Source: Candidatus Saccharimonadia bacterium
GTDB lineage: Bacteria; Patescibacteriota; Saccharimonadia; UBA4664
Reading direction: 5' to 3'
Length of the DNA stretch: 64,000 nucleotides
Assembly (NCBI GenBank): GCA_041743505.1
Contig: JBGTMQ010000015.1
Span: 13,531 to 77,530, forward strand
Shown here: piece by piece, positions 1-9,511 of the stretch
Position numbering within the stretch: the stretch's first letter is position 1
Layout of the letters: every line of letters begins with the position of its first letter
Made by a program: the position numbers and the translations under genes
Notes under the pieces: model-generated
What the model saw: the letters and a program-made list of their open reading frames with translations, nothing else
Told to the model about the DNA's origin: nothing
Database searches by the model: none

Positions 1-17
1 AAATTAGCTCCAGTTTC

Positions 18-1775
18 ATGTTCGCCCTCATCGTATTAGAGCGCGCCTTCGACGGCATCATCCTCGGCGTCATAGGTCTAGCCCTCCTCCTGTATCCCGG
101 CCTATTACCAGACGAGATCCGCGATGCCGTCGCGCTCTTCTCCGGCCTGCTACTACTAGTCGCCGCCCTGCTGATCACGCTGCTGGTACTCCTTTACCGC
201 CAAGACGCCAAACTGCTCCGGTTCTGGCACCGCTTTACCAGCATCTTCAATAACCAACTCAAAAACAGCCTGCGCTTCAAGCTCTGGTCGGTCATCTACG
301 GCCTTCACAAAGTCATCAACCGCCGTGCCATCGCCCTCTATGCCATCCGTTCGGCTGCCATGTGGGCAGCCTATCTGGCAGCGTTGATGATCCTAGCCAG
401 CTACTTCTTCCCGTATCAACTGGGCAATAATTTCTTGCAGGCCTTTATTTCCTTCCTTGGCGTGTCAATTCCATCTGGCCCGGCCTACCTCGGCTCTTAC
501 CAGGCCGTGGCCGACCCGCTGTTCCAAATCCTCGCCCCCGGTGAAGGCGCCACCCATTGGCTCGTAGCTTCCTGGATGCTGCTCGCTATCCCATCCTCCA
601 TCCTCGGCGCCGCCCTATTGCTCCGCCACCGCACCGACTACGGCAAACTCCTAGCTTCCAAAGGCAAGGATAGCCTCCATGACAAACTGGCTCGCATTGA
701 AGATACCAGCCAGGAATTCACCGCGTTCCTGGACGCCTACTTCAGCCGAAACACCCTGTCGCATGTTCTCCACCGCCTGGAAATAAACGAGGACATTCGA
801 CTCATCCGCTATTTCAAGGGCGGCTCAGACGCGGTCACGCTACTGGCCCACCAAAACCAGGATTATCTGGTCAAAAAAATTGTCCCTATCCAGTACGCCC
901 ACAGGCTTAAGGCCCAATACGAATGGCTCAAGAAACATGCTCACTTGGAGAAGATAGTCAGCGTCACGGACGAGCGGGAAGGCAAAGATTTCTACTATAT
1001 CGACATCGAATACCATGCCGACCTCATCCCGTTCTTTGACTACATTCATGCCAACAGTCTTGACCGGAGCAAGGAGGTACTGTCGGGCATATTCCGGTAT
1101 TTATTCAACTATGTCTACGAGCTCGAACCTAAAAAACGACACATCGAAGACGTTGAAACCTACATAAGAAACAAAGTCATCCAAAAACTCGACGACGCCA
1201 GTCACCGCAATCTGGAACTGGCCCGGCTACGGGATTATGACAAACTCATAATCAATGGGGTAGAGTACGACAATATCCATGTGGTACTCAACAAAATCCA
1301 CCACACCCCGCATATCTGGAAAGACATCACCACTTACCGTCAGAGCCCAATTCACGGTGACACCCAGGTCGATAACATGCTGGTATCAACCACCGACCAC
1401 TCGTTCAAAATCATCGACCCCGTCGATCAAAACGAGGTCTCCAGCCCGGTTGTCGATTTTGGCCGCATGTTCCAATCGCTCAACTATGGTTATGAGTTCC
1501 TCTGCCGGGAAGACGCACCGGTCATCCCTGACGGTAATGTCATCAGCTTCGAAGACAGCACCTCCGCCGCCTACCGCGAGCTGTACGACCACTGCCGCCT
1601 GGTAGCCCAAGACCTGCTCGAACCCGAAGAATTCCGGTCCGTACTCTTCCACACCGCCGTCCACTACAGCCGCATGTCTACCCACCGGGTCCAGATCAAC
1701 CCCCGTAATGTCGCCAAATTCTACGGCACCTCAGTCCGCGCCTTCAATGATTTTCTGGCCCAGTACAAGGATTAG
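18..1775 (+). CDS. Membrane flippase-like domain (lysylphosphatidylglycerol-synthase-type TM region) fused to a C-terminal APH/choline-kinase-like phosphotransferase domain; 5' end may lie upstream of the window
   Basis: N-terminal about 200 aa polytopic hydrophobic region. C-terminal kinase motifs IHGDTQVDNML (HGDxxxxN) and IIDPVD. No in-frame stop between window start and the first ATG. Confidence 0.6.
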   Translation: MFALIVLERAFDGIILGVIGLALLLYPGLLPDEIRDAVALFSGLLLLVAALLITLLVLLYRQDAKLLRFWHRFTSIFNNQLKNSLRFKLWSVIYGLHKVINRRAIALYAIRSAAMWAAYLAALMILASYFFPYQLGNNFLQAFISFLGVSIPSGPAYLGSYQAVADPLFQILAPGEGATHWLVASWMLLAIPSSILGAALLLRHRTDYGKLLASKGKDSLHDKLARIEDTSQEFTAFLDAYFSRNTLSHVLHRLEINEDIRLIRYFKGGSDAVTLLAHQNQDYLVKKIVPIQYAHRLKAQYEWLKKHAHLEKIVSVTDEREGKDFYYIDIEYHADLIPFFDYIHANSLDRSKEVLSGIFRYLFNYVYELEPKKRHIEDVETYIRNKVIQKLDDASHRNLELARLRDYDKLIINGVEYDNIHVVLNKIHHTPHIWKDITTYRQSPIHGDTQVDNMLVSTTDHSFKIIDPVDQNEVSSPVVDFGRMFQSLNYGYEFLCREDAPVIPDGNVISFEDSTSAAYRELYDHCRLVAQDLLEPEEFRSVLFHTAVHYSRMSTHRVQINPRNVAKFYGTSVRAFNDFLAQYKD

Positions 1776-2194
1776 GCATTTTTTTTAGGGTCAAAGAAAA
1801 CATATTTTTTTCGGAACCAGAAGTTCCAGAAAAACGTCACACAAATCGCTATCAACTTGCCAATCAATGGTGCGCCTTTAACCACTTCCACCACGAAGGC
1901 AGTCACGGCCACCTGCAGGGCCAGCCCGATAACGCTCGCCACCACTACCAGCAAGAATTCCTTGTGCGCTGAGTGCGGACGGTGCTTAAACACAAACACC
2001 CGGCTCAGGTACCAGTTCAAAATAATCGCTATCACCATACTGACGGGCGTTGCGATCAGATATGAAATGCCACCCCAGATCATTGCCTGGAAAATAACAA
2101 TCTCTGAGCCTACCAATAAAATAGCAATACTAAGATAGCGCCAAAGCTCAGGCGTGAGACGGGCGGTGAATAAGGAGAAAAATTTCTTAAGCAT
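1772..2194 (-). CDS. GtrA-family polysaccharide biosynthesis membrane protein
   Basis: 140 aa, 4 TM helices, typical GtrA-like layout and conserved basic C-terminus. Converges on and overlaps the stop of the previous gene. Confidence 0.8.
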   Translation of the reverse strand: MLKKFFSLFTARLTPELWRYLSIAILLVGSEIVIFQAMIWGGISYLIATPVSMVIAIILNWYLSRVFVFKHRPHSAHKEFLLVVVASVIGLALQVAVTAFVVEVVKGAPLIGKLIAICVTFFWNFWFRKKYVFFDPKKNA

Positions 2195-2340
2195 ATAAGC
2201 GAGTATAAAGCTACAATTCTAAAAGTACCTAACAGCTGGCGTCATTGACATCTTGTCAGCCAATAATTACGCTCAAACGGAGCCAAGCTAATAAAAGGCT
2301 CCAGATACAAATTACTACCACTCTCCAGGAGGACACTCGC

Positions 2341-2715
2341 ATGCCACTGGTAACCGTTAACTATGATACGGCCAAAGTATCCGAAACCGTTATGGATCAG
2401 GTGGTAAAAATCCTGGTCGAAGGTTTAGCCAAAGCCCTTACCTCCTCCAATGACCAAGATGGCAAAGTTGTGCCAAAAGGCGTCAGAGTCTTCGTCAATG
2501 AACGAAGCCTTCTTGATTATTCAGCCTGGGACATCGACATCACAGTCATGACCAATGACCTTCCAGGGCGGCACAACCTCCAAGAACGGCTGTCACCCGT
2601 AAGTCAGTCGCTCCAGAGTCTCCTTGAGGAACAAGCTCCCGGAGTCACGCACTGCCTTTGGGCCAATCTGCATGGCCCCTTTGCCTTCTTCGATCCCACC
2701 GAAAGATTGTCATAG
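2341..2715 (+). CDS. Hypothetical protein, possibly tautomerase-superfamily-like (Met-Pro-Leu N-terminus)
   Basis: Start chosen at ATG 2341, preceded by AGGAGG SD (the ORF track started at 2245). MPLVTVNY N-terminus resembles Pro-1 tautomerases (MSAD/cis-CaaD); weak. Confidence 0.4.
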   Translation: MPLVTVNYDTAKVSETVMDQVVKILVEGLAKALTSSNDQDGKVVPKGVRVFVNERSLLDYSAWDIDITVMTNDLPGRHNLQERLSPVSQSLQSLLEEQAPGVTHCLWANLHGPFAFFDPTERLS

Positions 2716-2760
2716 GCTCGCGGTGCACCGGTGGTCGTAACGGTCACCGCCTAGTGAACA

Positions 2761-2794
2761 TTGACATAAAGTGAGATTTTTGTTATAATCTCAC
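2761..2794 (+). promoter_or_regulatory. Consensus sigma70-type promoter TTGACA-17-TATAAT with an 8-bp inverted repeat (GTGAGATT-N8-AATCTCAC) spanning the spacer and -10: candidate operator
   Basis: TTGACA at 2761-2766, TATAAT at 2784-2789, IR arms at 2771-2778 and 2787-2794. Sits upstream of the GTG-initiated DUF218 gene, which has a GAGAGGA SD. Confidence 0.55.
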
Positions 2795-2831
2795 AGTTTA
2801 GTACCTTCCCGCTCTACAGAGAGGATGCGTT

Positions 2832-3473
2832 GTGGACGCGTCAGATTTGGAGCTTTACCGCTGTATGTTCCGATATGTCTCATCGGACGTGGCACAGCCG
2901 CAGGATCAGTTCAAGACCACCAATGCGGCTTTCGTCTTCGGACGCCAAGACCGGCTGGTCGCTGAAGCAGCCGCACCACTGTGGCACAACGGCCGGGTCG
3001 AGCGAGTCTTGATCACCGGCGGCATCGGCAAAGACTCCGGCAACTTGTCCGCCGAGGCTGGCGACAGCGAAGCCGGTTGGCTCGCCGATCAGATGGTGTT
3101 GCTCGGGGTAAGCCGCGAGCACATCATCGTTGAGCCCAGGGCTTCCAACGGCGGCGAGAACTGCCGCTTCGGTCTCGATACCCTCGCAGCCGCCATTGGG
3201 CAGTTCGGATCTCTCATCGTGGTCGCCCACGCCACCTCGCTGCGCCGCCTGGGCGCCATGCTGTACGATGAGCTGAACCACCGCAACCTGAGTGTCACAC
3301 TCCAGCTCGTTCCCAGCGCCTACCGGTTTGACCCCGAGAATGCCACCGACCGCGACGAGGTGGTAGCCGAAATCAAGCGGCTCCACGAATGGCCACACAA
3401 GATCGGCGGCGATGGCCGGCCGTTCCTGTCCCCCCAGCCACCCGTTCCGGCTCAGTTCCTGCGCTTTCTGTAA
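2832..3473 (+). CDS. DUF218/YdcF(ElyC/SanA)-like protein
   Basis: 213 aa, GTG start, Rossmann-like DUF218 core (VLITGGIG, ...IVEPRASNGGEN). The antisense ORF 2880-3542 is rejected as a shadow ORF. Confidence 0.6.
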   Translation: MDASDLELYRCMFRYVSSDVAQPQDQFKTTNAAFVFGRQDRLVAEAAAPLWHNGRVERVLITGGIGKDSGNLSAEAGDSEAGWLADQMVLLGVSREHIIVEPRASNGGENCRFGLDTLAAAIGQFGSLIVVAHATSLRRLGAMLYDELNHRNLSVTLQLVPSAYRFDPENATDRDEVVAEIKRLHEWPHKIGGDGRPFLSPQPPVPAQFLRFL

Positions 3474-3498
3474 GCAGTCCCAACCGTTAACCCAACAG

Positions 3499-3540
3499 GC
3501 CCGGCGAGTCGTTCGACTCCGCCGGGCCCTATTTCGTCTC
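3499..3540 (+). terminator. GC-rich hairpin terminator between convergent genes
   Basis: ggcccggcgagtc / gactccgccgggcc stem followed by ctatttcgtctc. Confidence 0.45.
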
Positions 3541-3556
3541 ATGCTACTTAAAGAGC

Positions 3557-4309
3557 TTAACTCGGCTCAACAGTGTGCCCGACGTACTCCTCCAGCTCCT
3601 CAGGAGTGCCAAACGAGTGGAATTCATCAACCGGCGCGGTCAACACTTTACCACCATCTCTCAGGATGATGTTGTACACAAATGAAATATAGTACTCCTT
3701 CATCACATCCGACAGCGGCTGCTTCAGGAGCTCCTCGGTGCCCTTAGCAAACGTCTCGGCCTTAGCAAAAAAATAAGCTCCCCAGATAGCATTATTAGAA
3801 ATAACCTGCTTCTCAGCTGTCCGGATCACGTATCCGTCCTCATCAGTCTCGGCGTAACTGTAGCGGGGGTTGTCGGAGTTAAACGTCAACAGACCGGCCG
3901 CAATATCGCTCTGTCCGGATAAGACATCCGTAGCCATTTTATTGTAACCCTCGCTCGAAAACCAAAAATCACAGTCCATAATAACCACCGGATCTCCCGG
4001 TGTTAGCTGCGAATAGGCCATCAGGGCGGTTTCGGCTGCCCCACGGGTCAACTCGGGAATAATCACCACGTTAGCCACCGGCAGCGCATCCGTTATCAGC
4101 TTATCGAGCTCATAAGCGTCCACGTGCTCCTGACGAATCACAAATGTAAACGTCTTGTCGGCCTCAATGTGGTCAAAGCTACTAATAGCCTTCAAAAACA
4201 TCGCCTGACCGTCAATCGGAATTAATGGCTTAGGAGTAGTGAATCCGGCTTTAGTAAATCGTGAACCAAGTCCGCCCATGGGCATAAGGATTTGAAGTTT
4301 CTTTGACAT
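3557..4309 (-). CDS. Sugar-phosphate or head-group nucleotidyltransferase (NTP_transferase / LicC-like)
   Basis: N-terminal MPMGGLGSRF nucleotide-binding motif, 250 aa. Confidence 0.75.
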   Translation of the reverse strand: MSKKLQILMPMGGLGSRFTKAGFTTPKPLIPIDGQAMFLKAISSFDHIEADKTFTFVIRQEHVDAYELDKLITDALPVANVVIIPELTRGAAETALMAYSQLTPGDPVVIMDCDFWFSSEGYNKMATDVLSGQSDIAAGLLTFNSDNPRYSYAETDEDGYVIRTAEKQVISNNAIWGAYFFAKAETFAKGTEELLKQPLSDVMKEYYISFVYNIILRDGGKVLTAPVDEFHSFGTPEELEEYVGHTVEPS

Positions 4310-4312
4310 AGT

Positions 4313-5086
4313 TTAAGTCGCCTTTGTTGAAGTATATTGTTCTGGTGTGCGCGTGGGATAGCTTAACAGGCCAAACCGCCATTTGAGTAGCTGTAACCCG
4401 GCCGTCTTCCCGATTTTAAAGTTACGGGCGTTGCTGACTTGGTCTTCCTCGCTCCAGGTAATAGGCAGGTAAACCAGCTTTGCGTGCTTAGTGTAGAACC
4501 CAAGCAGAAGGTCAAAGTTAAAGGTCAAAGCGTCCGCGTATCCCAGATAGGCGTGGTCAGACAAGGCACTGAGTTTAAACAGGTTCAAGCCAGAGCCAAG
4601 GTCACGTACCCGTTGGCCAATGAGCACGGTGTAGAAAATATTCAGCGCCTGATTGCCCAAAATCCGCTTCTGGTCATACCCAACCAGCTTGGAGCCTTCC
4701 ATAAACCGCGTACCCAAAAACGCATCAACCGTTGGGTCCTTCTCGGCCGCATCAAGCAAATTATTCAACTCACTGGTCTCAGCCTGGTCATCACCATGTA
4801 AAATGGCCACATAATCCATACCCAGCCGTTCTCCGGACAAAAAAGCCACTTTATGAGTCCCGCCGAGGTTATAATTGGCATCATTACGCCAAACCTCAAC
4901 CTTAGGACTATTCAACTGCTTAGCAGCAGCCTGAGCAGCCTCAACTGTACCGTCTTTGCTGCCGTTATCTATAACGACAACTTTCTCCACCCGGTCCAAT
5001 AATGCCTTATCAAAACCGGCGAGCACCCGGCCAATCTGCTTTGCGCAATTATACGCGGGAATAGCAACCAGCACTTTCATATCCAT
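4313..5086 (-). CDS. Family 2 glycosyltransferase
   Basis: VAIPAYNCAKQI...VVIDNGSKDGT, HGDD motif; 257 aa. Tandem with the nucleotidyltransferase. Confidence 0.8.
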   Translation of the reverse strand: MDMKVLVAIPAYNCAKQIGRVLAGFDKALLDRVEKVVVIDNGSKDGTVEAAQAAAKQLNSPKVEVWRNDANYNLGGTHKVAFLSGERLGMDYVAILHGDDQAETSELNNLLDAAEKDPTVDAFLGTRFMEGSKLVGYDQKRILGNQALNIFYTVLIGQRVRDLGSGLNLFKLSALSDHAYLGYADALTFNFDLLLGFYTKHAKLVYLPITWSEEDQVSNARNFKIGKTAGLQLLKWRFGLLSYPTRTPEQYTSTKAT

Positions 5087-5117
5087 CTCCTTTGCTCACA
5101 TCTTAATATAACCCCTT

Positions 5118-5154
5118 GCAAAGCAAAAGCCCGCTCCCTTCTCAGGGAGCGGGC
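5118..5154 (-). terminator. Intrinsic terminator for the IMPase gene
   Basis: 11-bp stem gcccgctccct/agggagcgggc, followed on the minus strand by TTTTGCTTTGC. Confidence 0.6.
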
Positions 5155-5179
5155 ATTCGGCAAACTGGCGCCGGTTATC

Positions 5180-6124
5180 TCAGACAAAACTGTTCATGAT
5201 CATCCTATGGAGCCAGTCAAGCGACTCTGGGCTATTCGCCGTCAGGAGCATGTCATAGCTATGCGTGTCCAGAGGATCACACCGGCGAAGCGTCCGGTCC
5301 GGGTTGACGTGTAGTCCAACAGCCGCACCGCCTGCCCGGATCACGTGCAGCGCCGCCGCACAGTCAAACGAACCACCCATGGCCGCCGTCAGCGAGCCTA
5401 CGATCCCCTTGGGGCTGTTGCGCTGCTGCATACCATCGGCCACCAGCGACTGGTGCAGGCCATTCGAAGCCAGGCTGTTGATGCCGATCCGGCCCTGTAG
5501 GGCTTCGAACAGCCGGTTCAGTCCCTCGCGCGACCAAACATCCTTGGTGCCGCCATGAGCGCTAAACGGCCGTAGCAGGTCAATCAGGAAAACGCCCTTC
5601 GAAGGGTCGATTTTGCCATTCCAAACCTGGCATGGCCGGGTCAGTAGCGGCGAATCGCCGAGCCTAGGCCCGAAAGCCAGGAGCTCGCAACCGACGTCGT
5701 CTGCCACCCGGATCTTGCCGGTCAGCGGATCACCCGTTACCGCACAAACCACCCGGTTCACCTTGCGGTCGTACAGGACCAGAATTACCACCGAACCCGG
5801 CGCGCCGATACCAAGTAGCAACGTGCCGTCGACTGGGTCAAGCTCAGCCATGAACCGCGCATTCGGATCAATTCGCGTCCAACCACCCTCCTCGCGGAGG
5901 ATTGGCAGGTCGCCGAGATGTCGGCGCAGCACACCTGTAGCCGCTGCTTCACTCTCCCGGTCAACGACCGTCACCAATGTCTGGTCGGCCTCCTTGATCT
6001 CCGAATTATCGATCGTCCGCAGCCCACATTGGTATGGCTGCATCACCCTCATCGAGGCCAGGGCCGCTTCAATTGCGGCCGACCTAAACTCCCGGATCAT
6101 CAGAGCTCCAATTGCCAGGTACAT
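5180..6124 (-). CDS. Inositol-monophosphatase-family phosphatase (IMPase/CysQ/HisN-like)
   Basis: ELDPVDGT and WDCAAALHVIRAGG motifs; 314 aa. Confidence 0.7.
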   Translation of the reverse strand: MYLAIGALMIREFRSAAIEAALASMRVMQPYQCGLRTIDNSEIKEADQTLVTVVDRESEAAATGVLRRHLGDLPILREEGGWTRIDPNARFMAELDPVDGTLLLGIGAPGSVVILVLYDRKVNRVVCAVTGDPLTGKIRVADDVGCELLAFGPRLGDSPLLTRPCQVWNGKIDPSKGVFLIDLLRPFSAHGGTKDVWSREGLNRLFEALQGRIGINSLASNGLHQSLVADGMQQRNSPKGIVGSLTAAMGGSFDCAAALHVIRAGGAAVGLHVNPDRTLRRCDPLDTHSYDMLLTANSPESLDWLHRMIMNSFV

Positions 6125-6227
6125 CAGAATAAGACCAATAAAATATACACGAAGATATCAAAAATGCCAAGGCGTTAAAGAAGCCCACCTCTCTCAGAGG
6201 CGGGCCCAATCAGCCGATAGGTCAAAG

Positions 6228-7088
6228 CTAAACAGCGTATGCTAGCGCCGTAGTTAGCTCCTCAAGTGCCGCCCTACTTTTGGCCACAATCATCAGATCG
6301 TGCTTAAGCACGTCGAGCGGGTCGTGCTCGGTCAGGCGGCCGTCTTTGTCCATCGCAAAGCCACAGGCGGCGCCACCGGCTTCGAGAACAAGCAATACCC
6401 CGCCACAATCCCAGGCACCACCTACGGCGGTCGTTACCGCCCCTGCCACATCGGGGCTTCCGTTGGCGACCAGTGCGTGGTGTAAGCCATTAGAGCCATA
6501 GCTCTTTATACTCGCCTGGGTATGCAACTGGCAAAAGAGCCTGGCATAGTTATCATCGGTCAGGATAGTGCGCCCATTGCGAGTGAAAGCACTGAAACGG
6601 TCAATCATCAGAGTGCTAGACGGCCGCATATCGCCGTCCCAGACCCGGCATGACTGCTCAGTTTGTCCAATAGTCAATGTGCAGCCATGTCCGCGAACCG
6701 CACTCCAGATACGGCCGGTAGCGGGTGCGGCTATAACTACCGCCACCACCTGGCAGAATTCCCGGTCATAGAGGGAGGCAATAATGGTACTAGTGGCAGC
6801 TCCAGCTACCAGTGACCTTGTGCCGTCCACCGGGTCAATCAATATAACGTAGCGGCCATCATGACCGGCCAGTAAACCGGCCTCTTCCCGCAAAATCGGG
6901 ACGTCCGGAAATTCCTCCCGCAGATGCTCAGTGATGATCCTCTCCGACTCACTGTCAACAGGGGTTAGCAACGAGCCGTCATCTTTTATTACAACCCGGC
7001 CTCTCCAGACATCGTGTTGATGAGCTACCACCATTCTGGAGGCCAGCTTAAGAGCACCTCCAGCTATCGCCACAAACCTTTGCTCCAC
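6228..7088 (-). CDS. Inositol-monophosphatase-family phosphatase, paralog of the adjacent gene
   Basis: ILIDPVDGT and AWDCGGVLLVLEAGGA motifs; 286 aa. Confidence 0.75.
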   Translation of the reverse strand: MEQRFVAIAGGALKLASRMVVAHQHDVWRGRVVIKDDGSLLTPVDSESERIITEHLREEFPDVPILREEAGLLAGHDGRYVILIDPVDGTRSLVAGAATSTIIASLYDREFCQVVAVVIAAPATGRIWSAVRGHGCTLTIGQTEQSCRVWDGDMRPSSTLMIDRFSAFTRNGRTILTDDNYARLFCQLHTQASIKSYGSNGLHHALVANGSPDVAGAVTTAVGGAWDCGGVLLVLEAGGAACGFAMDKDGRLTEHDPLDVLKHDLMIVAKSRAALEELTTALAYAV

Positions 7089-7182
7089 AGTGCGCTCCCT
7101 TGCGTCGGAGTTTGAGGTGTCAAATCGCTACCTGCGTATTTGAGCATAAAAAACGAATAAAAGCGAATAGTCGTGCCTGGAG

Positions 7183-7671
7183 TTAATTCCAGCCTCGATG
7201 CGGTTCGGCCCGTATCTGCTCGGTTTCGTTACCCCGGGCATAATCGTCTGCCAAACGCCAAGTAGTACCTGACTCAGGTGTGGATGATTCAAAAATATCG
7301 CAGTCAGTTATACCAATCAGCCGGTGCCTCTGCCCAAGCCTGGTAGTATAGCCGGTACCTGGTTGCAGCTCGACCTGAACCAGCTCACCATCCTTATTCT
7401 CAATCAACAGAGCACCCCGCCCGCGCAATATGGTGTATGTCTCGGTCTTGCCGTCGTGGATCTGCATGCTCTGGCGGCAGCCCGCGTTTATGTGCATGAT
7501 CTTGGACATATAGAACCAGCCTTCAGGCACAAGCAGAAGCTCATAGCCCCAGGGCTTGTTCACCCGGGTCTGGTGGCCGTCAATGCTAAACTTTGAGCTA
7601 TCAATGCCAGCCAAAAATTTTTTGAGATCTGAATCTGATGTTTTAGTGTCTGACATTATGGGAACCTCCAC
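7183..7671 (-). CDS. Cupin-domain protein (type II mannose-6-phosphate isomerase-like cupin)
   Basis: KPWGYELLL...MQIHDGKTETYTILRG cupin motifs; 162 aa. Not convincingly RmlC. Confidence 0.55.
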   Translation of the reverse strand: MEVPIMSDTKTSDSDLKKFLAGIDSSKFSIDGHQTRVNKPWGYELLLVPEGWFYMSKIMHINAGCRQSMQIHDGKTETYTILRGRGALLIENKDGELVQVELQPGTGYTTRLGQRHRLIGITDCDIFESSTPESGTTWRLADDYARGNETEQIRAEPHRGWN

Positions 7672-7726
7672 TGAAGCTGTCTTCTGGTAACCTAGCTTAC
7701 TATCTGGTTTGGGTCAAGCATAAACT

Positions 7727-9466
7727 CTAGTAAACCGGATTGTACCCGCCACCGTATGCCCGGCTGTTGCCACGGTAGAAGTCGCTTACCTTCTGTGGTT
7801 GCCCGCCATCAACCGACACCACGTACAAGGCATTCTCGCCCGACTTAGTAGAGCTAAATACTATGTACTTATTGCTATACCACTGCACAAACTGGTTCAC
7901 CGAGCCAAGGTTGGTCAACCGGCGCTCGTTATCGCCATCGTGATCCGTCACGTAGAGCTCGGAGCGCCCGTCACGCTCGTCCACAAACACCGCTAGCTTC
8001 TCGTTCAATGATTCATTGTACGCCCGGTTTGAGATCGTGCTGGGGCCGCTATCTAGCTTGCTAACCACCAGGTTGCCCAGGTTAAGATTCTGCCACACCT
8101 GTGGCTTAGGCAGGTTGTGATTATAATAAACCAGCTGAATCGTTTCCTTGGCTTTCCGCGACACCTGCGAAGCCGGCGTCTCACTCATCCGTCGCTTACC
8201 GGCCCCGTCAGCCTTAATCGCGTACAGGCCGTCGCTATCAGAGTTCGTGCCACTCACCGAGTACAACACCACGTCATCGTAAACCGTATTGATAGTGGGG
8301 CAGACTGCTCCCGAGCCCGCAGCCACCGTCGATCCCCGCGCCCCGGCCACATAGTAAGCCTTGATACTATTGCAGCTCTGCGCATTCGGCTTCTGATAAA
8401 CCAAATAATCCTTGACCCAAGTTCGGTAATTCCCAAACTCAAACCCGTCCTCAACTTTGGTCAGCTTCTTGGTATCACCATTGAATATAAACAAGTCCTG
8501 AATCGGGTTGCCGTACTTATCCCGCCGGCCCTCCCGGCTCGATACAATGGCCACTAAGTCGGGCTGCTCAATACTGGGCAAAATACCGGTCTGCTCATCT
8601 TCCTTGCCGGTGCCGGCCAAAACTACCTGTGACTCCGTCCCATCCAGTCGGCTGGAATACATATCAATCCGGCCGCTGCGGTTAGACAAAAAGTAAACAT
8701 TACCGCTCGGCACCAACGCGACCTTATATGGCTTGGCGGTATCCTTAACCTCGATATCCACCGTCGCGTCGTGGTAGCCTTCTTTTGCCAACTTAGCCTT
8801 GACCCTCAAATCACCCCCCGGCAATAGAGCCAGCCGCAACTGACCGCCCTTACTCACCGCCTGACTGTCACCCGCCTCAACCGTCGCATCATCCAGCTTC
8901 TTGCCGCTGATCTTGTCCGTCACTTCAAAGCTAATATTAATCCCAGCGCTCACCAAACTAACCGGCTCAAACTTCGGCCGCCCAATCGGCACCAGCACCT
9001 GTTGAGTACTCGTCTTGTAAGCCTTCTTCGAAATAGTCAGGGTGCTTTTGCCCAGCTTTAGCCCGTTAAACTCGGCCGTACCGTGGTTATCCGTCGTCGT
9101 GCTTTGACCGGCCAGGGATACCGCAGCATTCGACAGCGGCTGCTTCGTCACCGAATCAATCACCTTTATATCGGCGCTGTTTTTATACACCAAGCCCACC
9201 ACCGGATACCGCAAACCAGTAGCCGCGATCACGCCGGTTACCAGCACCAATAGCCCAACTCCAATAGCAATCGTCTTGCCCTTGGTCGTACCCAACCAGG
9301 ACTTAAACCGTTCCCATCGCCCGCTTTTCACCTCACCATCAGACTCATCGGCCTCTTCCGCCTTCGCATCAGCCACTGTTTCCGGCTCAACTTCAGCTAC
9401 CTTCTCAGGCTCCGCCGCTACCGCATCTTGATCATCAGACGTCTGGGACTCTTCTTGGTTCTTCAT
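7727..9466 (-). CDS. Membrane-anchored surface protein with PD40/TolB-like beta-propeller repeats
   Basis: Acidic N-terminus, one TM helix, carboxypeptidase-regulatory-like region, C-terminal repeats (RSELYVTDHDGDNERRLTNLG; GENALYVVSVDGGQPQKVS). Confidence 0.55.
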   Translation of the reverse strand: MKNQEESQTSDDQDAVAAEPEKVAEVEPETVADAKAEEADESDGEVKSGRWERFKSWLGTTKGKTIAIGVGLLVLVTGVIAATGLRYPVVGLVYKNSADIKVIDSVTKQPLSNAAVSLAGQSTTTDNHGTAEFNGLKLGKSTLTISKKAYKTSTQQVLVPIGRPKFEPVSLVSAGINISFEVTDKISGKKLDDATVEAGDSQAVSKGGQLRLALLPGGDLRVKAKLAKEGYHDATVDIEVKDTAKPYKVALVPSGNVYFLSNRSGRIDMYSSRLDGTESQVVLAGTGKEDEQTGILPSIEQPDLVAIVSSREGRRDKYGNPIQDLFIFNGDTKKLTKVEDGFEFGNYRTWVKDYLVYQKPNAQSCNSIKAYYVAGARGSTVAAGSGAVCPTINTVYDDVVLYSVSGTNSDSDGLYAIKADGAGKRRMSETPASQVSRKAKETIQLVYYNHNLPKPQVWQNLNLGNLVVSKLDSGPSTISNRAYNESLNEKLAVFVDERDGRSELYVTDHDGDNERRLTNLGSVNQFVQWYSNKYIVFSSTKSGENALYVVSVDGGQPQKVSDFYRGNSRAYGGGYNPVY

Positions 9467-9511
9467 AGTCCTAAGAGTAACAAACCCGGACCACAGCCAA
9501 CAAGCTTATGC

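Noticed and set aside
2880-3542. 220-aa minus-strand ORF antisense to the DUF218 gene, and similar long antisense ORFs (e.g. 15397-15753, 52498-53253, 38297-38587, 57143-57490)
   Set aside because: These are shadow ORFs typical of GC-rich coding regions. They have Gly/Ala/Arg/Pro-rich low-complexity translations and lie opposite clearly homologous genes.
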